Shown here in pieces: positions 36,465 to 46,522 of a stretch of DNA of 64,000 nt. Both the position numbers and the translations under genes were made by a program. Position 1 is the first letter of the stretch; each line of letters opens with the position of its first letter. The DNA is from Patescibacteria group bacterium. Lineage in GTDB: Bacteria; Patescibacteriota; Doudnabacteria; UBA920; VMFF01. The notes below the pieces were generated by a model. That model saw only the letters and a list, made by a program, of their open reading frames with translations, did no database searches and was not told where the DNA came from. The stretch is taken from contig JBBTQQ010000008.1 of assembly GCA_038065615.1 (NCBI GenBank), positions 10,658 through 74,657 of the forward strand. The letters are read 5' to 3'.

Positions 36465-36900
36465 TGATTAGCTTAATTTTAGATTTTGCTGTAATGCCAT
36501 TGGTTAACTTAATTTCAAACTCATACTCCCCTAGCTCTTTAATCTTTGGTAAAGTGATCTGGTTTTTTTCAAGTTCAACTTTCATCTTCTCCTTTATTCT
36601 TCCCAACACATCTTTCTCATGAACTGAACCGAATATGTGTCCTTTGTCTCCAACTTTAACTGCTAGTGTGAAAGTTCTGTTTGCAAAATCATCTTTCAGT
36701 TTTTGTGCTTGCTCTGTTTCTTTTCTCTTCTTAGCATCTGCTTGAGCTTTTTCATTCTGTATCTTGCTTATGATCTGAATTGTCGCAGGGACTGCATACC
36801 CTTTAGAGATTAAGAAGTTGCGGGCATAACCGTCATTAAACTCTTTGACTTCTCCTTTTTTTCCTGTTCCTGACAGTTCTTTGATGAATACAACTTGCAT
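36433..36900 (-). CDS. rplI: 50S ribosomal protein L9
   Basis: 'GKKGEVKE..DGYARNFLI', 'FGSV'. Confidence 0.95.
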   Translation of the reverse strand: MQVVFIKELSGTGKKGEVKEFNDGYARNFLISKGYAVPATIQIISKIQNEKAQADAKKRKETEQAQKLKDDFANRTFTLAVKVGDKGHIFGSVHEKDVLGRIKEKMKVELEKNQITLPKIKELGEYEFEIKLTNGITAKSKIKLINENDSKKQNN

Positions 36901-36990
36901 GCGGGGAATGTATAAAAAATAAAGGCCTCTCCGTGGGAGAGGTTTTGGCTCTTTTCTAGTATAGGGTATCTTTTAAAAAAGCTCAAGTCC

Positions 36991-37902
36991 TTAAATTCTC
37001 AAGTACCTTCGTATAGCTATGGTGCTTGATATGATGCCTAGTATTAAAGCTGTAACAAGCTGAATTGCGAATATGATCCAAAGGTTAAAGCCCCATGTAT
37101 CATTCGTTAGGTTTGTTCCTAGATATGTGTTTAGGCGTGGCAAAAGATAGTTAAAAATAGGGATTGTAAAGAGAATGGTTATGATGCTTGCAGCAAGAGC
37201 ATACATAATGCTTTCAATTATGAAAGGCCAGCGGATATACCAGTTAGTAGCGCCAACTAATTTCATAATCTCAACTTCTTCTCTTCTGTTGAAGATTGTT
37301 AAGCGAATTGTGTTGAAGATAACTAGGATGGCGATAAAGCAAAAAACAGCTGCCATACTTATACCAAGACGTTTAACCGCAGAAAGGATTCTTGAGAGAC
37401 GTTCAATTACGCTTCTATTGTCTTGAAAATTAACTTTGTCTATGAAAGCAGAATACTCAACTTTTGAAAGTTCCTCGGCAATCTTGGGATAGTCATTTAA
37501 GTTCTTTGCTTTAACTTGTAATGTTGGTGGTAAAGGATTGTCAGTTAACTGTCCTAATGAATCTTGGATCAATTGATTGTCTGAATGTTTTTCTTTGAAC
37601 GAAGCAAGGGCATCAGCTGCAGAAACATATTTAACAGCTGCAATTTCAGGAAGCTTTTGTAGCTCTCCCTGTATATCTAATATCTGTCGCTCTGAAACCT
37701 GTGTTTTAAAGTAAACACTAATATCAACTCTTTCTTGAATGTTTTGAATTGCTACTCTTGTAATATTAAAAGAAACTAAGGTAAGAGTTAATATTGCAAG
37801 AGTAACAACCATTATTAAGGTAGCTGTTGCAGAAAGCCAGAAGTTTCTGTAAAAGTTAGTCATACCTGTTCTAATAACTCGGAAGAGTGTTATTGATTCC
37901 AT
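36991..37902 (-). CDS. ftsX: Cell division permease FtsX
   Basis: 'NPLP', 'IFNTIRLTIFNRREEVEIMKLVGATNWYIRWPF'; ATG at 37902. Confidence 0.93.
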   Translation of the reverse strand: MESITLFRVIRTGMTNFYRNFWLSATATLIMVVTLAILTLTLVSFNITRVAIQNIQERVDISVYFKTQVSERQILDIQGELQKLPEIAAVKYVSAADALASFKEKHSDNQLIQDSLGQLTDNPLPPTLQVKAKNLNDYPKIAEELSKVEYSAFIDKVNFQDNRSVIERLSRILSAVKRLGISMAAVFCFIAILVIFNTIRLTIFNRREEVEIMKLVGATNWYIRWPFIIESIMYALAASIITILFTIPIFNYLLPRLNTYLGTNLTNDTWGFNLWIIFAIQLVTALILGIISSTIAIRRYLRI

Positions 37903-37906
37903 ATGT

Positions 37907-38584
37907 TTAAAGTTTGTAGTGTCCTTTTGCTTGTTCCATGGAGATTCTACCTTTGTCCATTGTAATGACACGCTTTTGAATTTTATTAACTAGATCTCTT
38001 GCGTGAGTTGCTAGTAAAACAGTTGTTCCGAGTTGGTTTATCTTTTGTAAGAGGTCTAATATTTCAAAGCTGTTTCCTTCGTCTAAGTTTCCTGTTGGTT
38101 CATCAGCAATCAAAAGAACTGGTTTATGTGCTAAAGCGCGAGCAATGGCAACTCTTTGTTTTTCTCCACCAGACATTTCGTCAGGAAAATTATGTGTTTT
38201 GTCCCTTAATCCAACAATGTCTAAAATCCTTGCGACATCGTGCACAATCTTTTCTCTTGGATATCCAGCAACTTCCATTGCAAAAGCAACGTTTTCAAAT
38301 GCAGTTTTTTTAGGTAATAACTTCATATCCTGAAAAACAATACCAATCTTCCTTCTTAGATACGGTATATCCTCTTCTTCTAGAGAAGCAATATCAATAT
38401 CATCAATGTAAAGTTTTCCTTCATCAACTTTTTCTTCACCAAAGATAAGCTTCAGGAGGGTTGATTTACCTGCTCCTGATACGCCGACTATTGAGACAAA
38501 CTCTCCGTTTTTTATCTCTAAGTTAATGTTTTCTACTGCTTTTTTGTCTTTGTAAGTTTTTGTTACCTTTTCGAAACGAATCAT
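37907..38584 (-). CDS. ftsE: Cell division ATP-binding protein FtsE
   Basis: 'GVSGAGKST', 'LRRKIGIVFQD', 'ADEPTGNLD'; ATG at 38584. Confidence 0.93.
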   Translation of the reverse strand: MIRFEKVTKTYKDKKAVENINLEIKNGEFVSIVGVSGAGKSTLLKLIFGEEKVDEGKLYIDDIDIASLEEEDIPYLRRKIGIVFQDMKLLPKKTAFENVAFAMEVAGYPREKIVHDVARILDIVGLRDKTHNFPDEMSGGEKQRVAIARALAHKPVLLIADEPTGNLDEGNSFEILDLLQKINQLGTTVLLATHARDLVNKIQKRVITMDKGRISMEQAKGHYKL

Positions 38585-38609
38585 GTTTAAATTATACCAC
38601 AATATTTAA

Positions 38610-39708
38610 TTAGACAGTAGTTTCTAAATATTTTTCAATGAAATCATCTAAATCCCCGTTTAAAACAGCGCTTGGATCTGTTGATTCATACCCAGTCCTG
38701 TGATCTTTAACTAGTTTGTAAGGATGCAAGACATAGCTTCTAATTTGATTACCCCATTCAGCGCTTTTAAACTCACCACGCATTTCTTTTTTTTGTTTCA
38801 TCCTTCTTTCTTCTTCTAAAATATTTAAACGAGATTGCAAAATCTCCATTGCTTTTTCTCTGTTTTGAGATTGAGAACGTTCATTTTGAATTGAAACTTT
38901 AACTCCTGAAGGAATGTGCGTAATTCTAACAGCAGAGTATGTAGTGTTAACGCTTTGACCACCGTGTCCTGATGCAGTGGTGGTCTCAATTTTCAAATCC
39001 TTTGGATCTATAGTTATACTCTCTTGCTGTTCTAACAACGGTAAGACTTCCACTAAAGCAAAAGATGTTTCTCTGGTGTGTGCTGGGTTAAACTCAGAAA
39101 GTCTAACAACACGATGCACTCCAGCTTCGCATCTTAAAAAACCATAAGCATTATGTCCGGATATTTCTAAAAGCACGCTTTTAATTCCAGCTTCTGATCC
39201 TTTTGATAATTCTAGTGTTTCAACTTTAAAACCATGCTTTTCACAAAAACGCATGAACATTCTTAATAATATTTCCGCCCAGTCTTGTGCATCGGATCCA
39301 CCTGCACCAGCATGAATGGCTAGTATAGCTCCATGATCATCATATTTCTTTGAAAAGAAAGCCTGAATCCTTGCTTTTAAAAACGTTTCTCTTGCTTGCT
39401 CTAGTTGTTTTTCTATATCTTCTTTATCCGTAGGTCCTACTGTCCCGCTTTTGAAAAGCTCAGATGAAATTACAAAAAGATCTTCAACGTCTTTTTGAAG
39501 CTTGTTCCAGAAATCAAACTCTGTTTTCAATGCATTGTATTGTTCTGATTTGGTTTTTGCTGTTTGTTGATCAGCCCAAAAACCACCAACCTGCATTTCT
39601 TCTTCTAACTTTTGAATTTTTTGTTTCTTTGCATCAAGGTCAAAGACGCTCCTTCAGGTTCTGTATTTCAGAAAGTAAACCTTGAATGCTTTTTAATAGT
39701 TCGTGCAT
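38610..39708 (-). CDS. prfB: Peptide chain release factor 2, with programmed +1 frameshift
   Basis: GGQ motif 'GHGGQSVN'; 22-codon first frame MHELL...KERL ends in CTT TGA C with internal SD AAGGAG. Confidence 0.95.
39639..39654 (-). promoter_or_regulatory. RF2 +1 frameshift signal
   Basis: AAGGAG-CGT-CTTTGAC on - strand. Confidence 0.92.
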
Positions 39709-40119
39709 TTATAAATTGTTTAATACTTCTTTAACGTAATGGTCTAGTCCAGCAAGAGCTTTTATCTCTTCCAGAGAAAGCCATTTAAACGAATCATGCT
39801 CTATATCTAGTACTGGTTCACCTTCAATACTAGCAGTATATGTGAGCCTGACAACATGCTTATCATTCTTTAAAATATCTTGTGCGGCTATTAATCTTGG
39901 CGTGTCTGTTAAAACTAGCTTTGTTTCTTCAAGGATCTCACGCTTTAAGTTATCAAGTAAAGAAGTTCCAGGATCTATTCTTCCACCAACAATATCCCAT
40001 GGGTTATTCACCTCAGGATATGCTTCCATATTTCTGTGCAGCATTAAATACTTCCCTTCTTTATTCTGAAGCAATGCTTTAACTCCGACTTGCAATGGTT
40101 TTGTGTTTGTTTCTTCCAT
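39709..40119 (-). CDS. NUDIX hydrolase
   Basis: 'WDIVGGRIDPGTSLLDNLKREILEET'. Confidence 0.88.
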   Translation of the reverse strand: MEETNTKPLQVGVKALLQNKEGKYLMLHRNMEAYPEVNNPWDIVGGRIDPGTSLLDNLKREILEETKLVLTDTPRLIAAQDILKNDKHVVRLTYTASIEGEPVLDIEHDSFKWLSLEEIKALAGLDHYVKEVLNNL

Positions 40120-40712
40120 TATTTCCCTGCGTCAGGAATCCTGTTCCATTTATTTGTTTCCATGTGCCAAGAATCTACATCAACTTCATTTAAAGAATCC
40201 CAAAGTTTTTTTGCAGATTCAGTGTAGAGCTTTTCGTTTCTAACCAAAGCTCTATTCCCCATCCATTTGGAAGGAAGCTTAGAACCCTTTTGTTCTAGTT
40301 CTCGCATTTCTAAATCAACATCCAAGTTATCAGCATCTTTAACTATCTTTGCTTCAATGCATTGTCTTTCTTCGTATTCTTTTAGTGTGTCTGTGTTTAA
40401 ATCTTCAAAGCTTGTTCCTGCAAACAAATCATTGGCAGCTGAATGTTCATCTGCTTGAACATATACTTTCTGAACATAGCTGTGATCTGAAACTCTTGTT
40501 TCTGCCATGTCATGCACTAAAGCCATCTTGATAATCTTCTCTTCATTCTTAACACCTTCCATGCGTGCTATTAACATAGCAAGCCAAACAACGCGAACTG
40601 TGTGCTCCAAATCATTAGCCACGTCCATTCCAAAATGTTGTCTCCAACCTCTTTGGATGTTTCTTAATGAACCAAGCTCGTACAAAAATTCTATGTCTCT
40701 TTTTTTTGTCAT
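40119..40712 (-). CDS. HD-domain hydrolase (YfbR/5'-deoxynucleotidase-like)
   Basis: 'RGW', 'LEH..RV', 'ALVHDMAE', 'VKDADNLD'. Confidence 0.85.
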   Translation of the reverse strand: MTKKRDIEFLYELGSLRNIQRGWRQHFGMDVANDLEHTVRVVWLAMLIARMEGVKNEEKIIKMALVHDMAETRVSDHSYVQKVYVQADEHSAANDLFAGTSFEDLNTDTLKEYEERQCIEAKIVKDADNLDVDLEMRELEQKGSKLPSKWMGNRALVRNEKLYTESAKKLWDSLNEVDVDSWHMETNKWNRIPDAGK

Positions 40713-40713
40713 G

Positions 40714-41430
40714 TTATTTCTTGTTTAAAACCAATCTTCTAACTAAATTCCAAATCTTGTTATGAATCTGCTCTTCTGGAAGCATCCTACCATCTTCAAC
40801 ACATTCAACATATTTTGTGTTTGGAAACAGTTCCGCTATTTGTAAAAAAACCATTTCCGCTTTTTGTAAATGTTCTAGATCATTTTCCAGATGATCTCTT
40901 TTTTTACCTTTAACATATTCTCTCTGTTTCTCGCTTTTCTTGTCCACCATTTTCTGAGCAATCTTTGCTGGAACATGCAAGATTAAGTTTAGATCAGGCT
41001 TTGGTAATTGAAACAAAGTGTATTCAAGATTATCTAACCATTTAAAAAACCTTATTCTTTCAGCGTTGCTTTCTATTCTGCTTCCTTGATGCCCCGCATT
41101 TGCAGTAACATATCTGTTTGATATGACTATTTTACCATCATCAAGTTGTTCTCTGATCCAAAAACTAGCGTCATATCGATCTACAGCAAAAAGTAATGAA
41201 GTAATATATGGATTTGATTTACCATATTTCTCATTCAAATATTCTTCCAATGGTCCTGCTGATTTTTTACCATACTGAGGAAAGTCAGCAATGGCAACAT
41301 CAAAACCTTCTTTTTTAAGTGTTTCAGCAAGAAGTTTTGCTTGAGTTGCTTTTCCAGAGCCATCAATGCCATCAATGACTATGAACTTACCCTTTTCTTT
41401 TTTAATCTTGGATTTAAGCCCGAATTTCAT
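40714..41430 (-). CDS. tmk: Thymidylate kinase
   Basis: 'DGIDGSGKATQ', 'FPQYG', 'AVDRY', 'NRY', 'LPKPDL'. Confidence 0.9.
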   Translation of the reverse strand: MKFGLKSKIKKEKGKFIVIDGIDGSGKATQAKLLAETLKKEGFDVAIADFPQYGKKSAGPLEEYLNEKYGKSNPYITSLLFAVDRYDASFWIREQLDDGKIVISNRYVTANAGHQGSRIESNAERIRFFKWLDNLEYTLFQLPKPDLNLILHVPAKIAQKMVDKKSEKQREYVKGKKRDHLENDLEHLQKAEMVFLQIAELFPNTKYVECVEDGRMLPEEQIHNKIWNLVRRLVLNKK

Positions 41431-41968
41431 GTTCTTTTAATATCTTATCAATTTCACTAAACAACTGTTCTTTAGAACCATTGTTCAGCAGTTTATATTC
41501 GCATTTTTTGCCTAATTCTGCAATATGCACCTCTGTTTCCTTGGTCTTTTCAATTTTAACAAACTCTTCAAAGCTCATAGTGCTATCTCCTGAATACTGA
41601 TTATCTTCTAACTGCCATTTGTATCTTTTCTCTATTGGAGCGTCAATGTATATTAGGATACTACCTGGATATTTTCTAATGTTTTCAAATTCGTTTTGAA
41701 AACGAATTCCTGTGATGACTTCTAGTTCCGCGCTGTCATCTTGTATCTTTTTGTTAATTGCATTAATCAAAACATCTTCGCCAAAAACCTTTCTTAATTC
41801 CACCATCTTAATTACATTCTCTCTGCTGTTTTCAACACCAAGCAAATTTAAAAACTGAACAAAAATTTCAGAATGAGCATGTCGTTTTGCTCCATATTTC
41901 TTTTCAATATATTCAGCAGCTGTATCTTTGCCTGATCTTTTTGGACCAACTAGGCCTATAATCTTCAT
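41414..41968 (-). CDS. P-loop nucleotide kinase (dNMP kinase / dephospho-CoA kinase-like)
   Basis: 'IIGLVGPKRSGKDT', 'ITGIRF..E', 'IYIDAP.EKRY'. Confidence 0.75.
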   Translation of the reverse strand: MKIIGLVGPKRSGKDTAAEYIEKKYGAKRHAHSEIFVQFLNLLGVENSRENVIKMVELRKVFGEDVLINAINKKIQDDSAELEVITGIRFQNEFENIRKYPGSILIYIDAPIEKRYKWQLEDNQYSGDSTMSFEEFVKIEKTKETEVHIAELGKKCEYKLLNNGSKEQLFSEIDKILKEHEIRA

Positions 41969-42516
41969 ATCTTTTCTAAGACCTCAGTTAATTGTTTTTT
42001 AAAAGTTTCAAGATCACCTGTGTTCTCAATTTTAAAATCAGCGAAATTCATTAACTTGTTTAGTTCTTTTTCTGCTGGATGATTCTCTGCTTCTTTGAAA
42101 GCTTCAAAGGATGAAGCCTCTTCGCCTTTTTTTTCTGTTCTTTCCAACACCCTTTCATACCTCAACTCCTCAGGGGCTGAAATGTATATGAGTTTAAAAT
42201 CAGGAAGCTTTTTAAAGGCTTCTAGTTCTTCAACAGCTCGTATACCACCAAAAACTAATATATCTGAACTCGATCCTTTAGAAGCCTTAACAAGAGCTTT
42301 TGCTAAAACATCACCTCCATATGCTCTCCTTAAAAACTCACCAAGGTTTTGATAGTTTGTTCTTATCAAAGGAAGATTAAGCAAGTTAAGAAGCTTTTCT
42401 AAAAGCGCTGAGAATTCAAAAAACTCTGCTTTAAAGCTTCCTACAAAAAACTCTGCTGCTGTTGATTTACCAGCTAATATTTGACCTGATATTCCGATGT
42501 ATTTCTTGTTAGCCAT
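41965..42516 (-). CDS. P-loop nucleotide kinase, tandem paralog
   Basis: 'IGISGQILAGKST', 'GGIR..EE', 'IYISAPEELRYER', 'ADFKIENTG'. Confidence 0.75.
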   Translation of the reverse strand: MANKKYIGISGQILAGKSTAAEFFVGSFKAEFFEFSALLEKLLNLLNLPLIRTNYQNLGEFLRRAYGGDVLAKALVKASKGSSSDILVFGGIRAVEELEAFKKLPDFKLIYISAPEELRYERVLERTEKKGEEASSFEAFKEAENHPAEKELNKLMNFADFKIENTGDLETFKKQLTEVLEKI

Positions 42517-42595
42517 GACATTAAAAGTATATCAAAATATCCATATTAAGGCATATGATATAATTAAGGAAATTAGAGGTTTTGAAAGGACCAAA

Positions 42596-43276
42596 ATGGA
42601 CAAAAACACATACGAGATTGAGCTAAAGAGCTTGCTAGGAAACGCCTCCAACGCGGAAAAACTGGTTTCAAAGATGCAAGGCCTGGACCCTAAAATGGTT
42701 TCAAAAGGCTCTCACAAGCAACTTAACCACTACTTCAAGGATGGCAATCTACAAAGTTTGTATGAAAAACTTGGTGACAAGGTCCAACCCGAAAAAAAAG
42801 ACCTCTTCAGAGAAGTTGTGGAAAAAGCAAAGACATACTCAGTTAGAACTCGTTTGGCCGATGAAAAAGTCATTCTGGTTATAAAAGCGTCGGTTGATGA
42901 AACAACAAGTTCAAATGGAACAGCTCGCTTAGAGTTTGAATCGCTGATGAATATGACATTAGAGGAACTAGATAACGAAATACTAGCGTCTGGTTTTAAC
43001 TACCAAGCAAAGTGGTCAAGAGAAAGAACTGACTATACGTACAAAGACACATCAGTAAGCATCGACAAAAACGCTGGATATGGATATTTAGCTGAATTTG
43101 AAAAAATAGAGACAGAATTGGAAAATGTAGAGCCAACAAAAACATTTCTTAGAGATATGCTCAAAGAACTAGACATCCAAGAGCTACCGCAAGATCGTCT
43201 AGAAAGAATGTTTGCTTTCTACAACGACAACTGGCAGGACTATTACGGAACAGAGAAAACTTTTAATATTGAATAA
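42596..43276 (+). CDS. CYTH (triphosphate tunnel) domain protein
   Basis: N-terminal 'YEIELK', 'QLNHYF', 'KWSRER', 'IDKNAGYGYLAEFE'; ATG at 42596. Confidence 0.75.
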   Translation: MDKNTYEIELKSLLGNASNAEKLVSKMQGLDPKMVSKGSHKQLNHYFKDGNLQSLYEKLGDKVQPEKKDLFREVVEKAKTYSVRTRLADEKVILVIKASVDETTSSNGTARLEFESLMNMTLEELDNEILASGFNYQAKWSRERTDYTYKDTSVSIDKNAGYGYLAEFEKIETELENVEPTKTFLRDMLKELDIQELPQDRLERMFAFYNDNWQDYYGTEKTFNIE

Positions 43277-43317
43277 CAATTATCGCTGCGGCTAAACCAA
43301 AGCGGAAAGGCAATGTT

Positions 43318-44298
43318 ATGGATATCCAACATCCAGAACAACAATACTTAGAGCTTTTAAGAGACATTCTAGCGAATGGCTCAGAAAAGAAAGACCACAA
43401 TACAGGCATGGGTCTTAAGAGCGTTTTTGGAAGACAAATTCGCTTTGACCTCTCAAAAGGGTTTCCCCTCCTAACAACAAAACGCGTTTATTGGAAAGGC
43501 GTTTTACACGAACTGCTTTGGTTTCTTTCCGGAAGCTCCAACATTAAGTATTTAGTTGATAATGAAGTTCATATTTGGGATGACTATCCATACAAGTCTT
43601 ACAAAAAAATCGCTGATAAAGGAGAAGTCCCCTCTTTAACTCAACAAGAATTCATTCAAAAAATCAAAGAAGATTCTTCGTTTGCAGAAAAATGGGGAGA
43701 CCTTCCAAAGATTTACGGTGAACTCTGGAGAAGATGGCCAGCTAAAAACGGCAGAACAGTAGATCAGATCTCTTGGATCATCGGGGAATTAAAAGCATAC
43801 CCTCACAGAAAACATCATGTTTTCTCAGTTTGGAACCCTGAATACCTCTACTCCATGGCACTCCCAGGAGAAGCATTAAGCTTTCCTCTTTGCCATATTC
43901 TGGTTCACTTCAATGTTAATGACAACAAACTTTCATGTCAGTTGTATCAAAGAAGCGCTGACATGTTCTTGGGTGTCCCGTTTAACATCGGAAGCTATGC
44001 TTTGTTGACGCAAATAATCGCGCATGTTTGCGGTTATGAGGTTGGTGAATTTGTTCACACATTTGGTGATGCACATATCTATGCAAACCACTTTGAACAA
44101 GTGAATGAACAACTAACCAGAGAACCAAAACAATTCCCTACTCTAACCATTGATCCAAGCATCAGAGATATTGATAGCATAAAGCCAGAACATTTTAAGC
44201 TTGGGGGTTATGATCCTCACCCAACTCTAAAAGCTGATTTAACAGTTGCGGGCGGTTTCAACGAAGATGATAGAATTGATTTTACTAAGAAAAACTAA
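43318..44298 (+). CDS. thyA: Thymidylate synthase
   Basis: 'FPLLTTK', 'ELLWF', 'PLCH', 'YQRSADMFLGVPFNI', 'GDAHIY.NH'. Confidence 0.96.
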   Translation: MDIQHPEQQYLELLRDILANGSEKKDHNTGMGLKSVFGRQIRFDLSKGFPLLTTKRVYWKGVLHELLWFLSGSSNIKYLVDNEVHIWDDYPYKSYKKIADKGEVPSLTQQEFIQKIKEDSSFAEKWGDLPKIYGELWRRWPAKNGRTVDQISWIIGELKAYPHRKHHVFSVWNPEYLYSMALPGEALSFPLCHILVHFNVNDNKLSCQLYQRSADMFLGVPFNIGSYALLTQIIAHVCGYEVGEFVHTFGDAHIYANHFEQVNEQLTREPKQFPTLTIDPSIRDIDSIKPEHFKLGGYDPHPTLKADLTVAGGFNEDDRIDFTKKN

Positions 44299-44781
44299 AT
44301 GATCAGCTTAATCGCAGCCATTTCAGAAAACAGAGTCATAGGAAAAGACAATGACCTCATATGGAAAATCTCTAAGGACCAAAAACGCTTTAGAGAAATA
44401 ACTAAAGGGCATCCTGTGATCATGGGAAGAAATACGTATAAATCAATTGGTAAAGCATTACCAAATCGTTTTAACATTGTCATTAGCAGAAACCAAGAAT
44501 ACACCCTACCAGATGCAGCAATAGCACACACCTTAGAAGATGCCTTAAGGATTGCCAAAGACTCTGGTGTTGGCTCAGAAGAGATATTCATCATTGGCGG
44601 CGCGCAAGTTTACACAGAAGGGCTATCCTTTGCTGACAAACTGTATTTAACAATAGTGCACAAGCAAGCAGAGGGTGACACCTTTTTCCCTGCCTATGAG
44701 CATCTTTTCAAAACTGTCTTACACGAAGAAACAGACGAAGAAAACGAAATCAAGTTCACATTCAAAGATTTAGTGAAGTAA
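44299..44781 (+). CDS. folA: Dihydrofolate reductase
   Basis: 'IMGRNTYKSI', 'LPNR', 'IIGGAQVY', 'GDTFFP'. Confidence 0.96.
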   Translation: MISLIAAISENRVIGKDNDLIWKISKDQKRFREITKGHPVIMGRNTYKSIGKALPNRFNIVISRNQEYTLPDAAIAHTLEDALRIAKDSGVGSEEIFIIGGAQVYTEGLSFADKLYLTIVHKQAEGDTFFPAYEHLFKTVLHEETDEENEIKFTFKDLVK

Positions 44782-44817
44782 AATCAAAACGGCTAGCTAG
44801 GGCTAGCCGTTTTGATT
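44782..44817. terminator. Bidirectional intrinsic terminator
   Basis: 16-bp perfect inverted repeat AATCAAAACGGCTAGC-TAGG-GCTAGCCGTTTTGATT. Confidence 0.8.
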
Positions 44818-44840
44818 GATAATGTAAGCTTAGTTAAACC

Positions 44841-45800
44841 CTACAATTCAGCGGTTGTCTTAAGTCTCCCAACAAAACTATCATACATTTGAGTATGATA
44901 ACCGTAAAATTTAAGCTCATTTGCTGCTTGCTTATCTCCTTCCAACTCTCGTTCTTCTAGCTCTTTAAGTTTCGCGAGCATTATTTGAGCAGCTTCTTTT
45001 CTAATCGTATTCGGTAGATTAGAGTTATCAACTAATCGCTTTAAAACGATTACGTCAAAATCAGATCTTGTTTTTAATATTTGCCAAGCCTCTTCGGCAA
45101 TTGCAGTTTTTGTATTTGCAGTAATAACTTGTTCTAATGTGCCACTGCCTATGCTTTCACTGTACTTTTGCTTAATTATTTCCCAAAGTTTTGTAACATT
45201 TTCGGGAGAAACATTTTTCATTCCATAGGCAAGAGCATCGGGATTAGCCTGGATTTGCTCTAAAGATATAAAGATTTGTTCTTCTATCTTATCTTTAAGA
45301 TGCGCTATTCTTTCTTTTTGGGAATCAGATAGTTTAGAAGTATCAACCTTCCTGATATACCCAAGTGTTGCAAAAAGGTCATACCATGGTTCATGAACCA
45401 TGTCTTGATCAAGATCATCTGGGTTTGATAAAAACGCAGACCCAAAATTTAATCCAAAACCTTCTCCTATACCATGACGAATCTGTGATGCTGTTCGGTT
45501 GCCCCATAAAACAGTTAAATCAGGATCAAATTGCTTATACTTTTGTGTAATTTCTACGTTAGGGTTGTAACTGTGCTGATCTGAAATAGATAATTGTGTT
45601 TGTTCTACTCCTTCTTTATCCCCATACAATTTTATATCTACCCCACTTAAACTATTAGGTTTTGGTGTGAAATCTATAAACTGCCCATAGAGCATTCGAA
45701 ACTTTTCAAATGCTTTTTTGTTCTCTGGTTTCTCTATTTGAGTTTCTGGACCATCAACCATCCCCATTTCAATCGGCGCTCTATTTTCTTCACCGGACAT
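44841..45800 (-). CDS. Hypothetical protein (orphan)
   Basis: 319-aa ORF bracketed by hairpins; no recognisable motif. Confidence 0.7.
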   Translation of the reverse strand: MSGEENRAPIEMGMVDGPETQIEKPENKKAFEKFRMLYGQFIDFTPKPNSLSGVDIKLYGDKEGVEQTQLSISDQHSYNPNVEITQKYKQFDPDLTVLWGNRTASQIRHGIGEGFGLNFGSAFLSNPDDLDQDMVHEPWYDLFATLGYIRKVDTSKLSDSQKERIAHLKDKIEEQIFISLEQIQANPDALAYGMKNVSPENVTKLWEIIKQKYSESIGSGTLEQVITANTKTAIAEEAWQILKTRSDFDVIVLKRLVDNSNLPNTIRKEAAQIMLAKLKELEERELEGDKQAANELKFYGYHTQMYDSFVGRLKTTAEL

Positions 45801-45852
45801 ATGTTTGAATATTAATAAAAAATTGCTGACAGTAATATAGTATCATGAATAA

Positions 45853-45886
45853 ATTAAAACTACTAAACAGAACTAGTAGTTTTAAT
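45853..45886 (-). terminator. Terminator-like hairpin after dcd
   Basis: ATTAAAACTACTA-8 nt-TAGTAGTTTTAAT. Confidence 0.5.
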
Positions 45887-45891
45887 CCCTG

Positions 45892-46518
45892 TTATACTCG
45901 TTTTTTCTTTAGGACTTTCTTTACTTTAACAGGTTTCTTGACAACCACTCGTATCTCATCATGAAGCTTAGACGCAAGCGGACTTTTTTGTCCCGCGTAC
46001 TTGTTATTCTTCTTGTTTACATACGGAACATCAACTTTGCTTGTAAGCTCTTCAAACGTAAAAGCACAGATTCTCATTCCTGGGTACAATGCAATTGGCA
46101 TTGTTCCAAGGTTACCAAGTTCCATTGTTGGCTTTCCGTTCCATCCAGCGTCAAAAATTGAGGCTGTACCGTGAACAATGATACCAAGGCGACCAAGAGA
46201 GCTTCTGCCCTCAATACGACCTAATAGGTCATGAGGGAGCTCTAGGTTCTCAACTGTTGTTACTAAAGCAAAATCTCCAGGCTGCATTATGAATGCTTCT
46301 CCTTTCTTAACAACAATCTCTTCCATTATTTCCTTAATGTCTACAGGACCTTTTAGATCAATGTATGGAAAGCTTGTTTTCTTGAAGACTCTGAACCTGT
46401 TTCCTAAGTGTAAATCAATTGAACATGAGCCGAGCTGAACTTCAAAGTCTGGTGCTGGCGTTATCTTTATTCTTCCAGAGTTAATCGCTTTTTTAATATC
46501 TCTGTCAGAGAGAATCAT
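45892..46518 (-). CDS. dcd: dCTP deaminase
   Basis: 'MILSDRDI', 'SIDLHLG', 'EGRSSLGRLG', 'DAGWNG..TMEL'. Confidence 0.94.
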   Translation of the reverse strand: MILSDRDIKKAINSGRIKITPAPDFEVQLGSCSIDLHLGNRFRVFKKTSFPYIDLKGPVDIKEIMEEIVVKKGEAFIMQPGDFALVTTVENLELPHDLLGRIEGRSSLGRLGIIVHGTASIFDAGWNGKPTMELGNLGTMPIALYPGMRICAFTFEELTSKVDVPYVNKKNNKYAGQKSPLASKLHDEIRVVVKKPVKVKKVLKKKRV

Positions 46519-46522
46519 ATGT

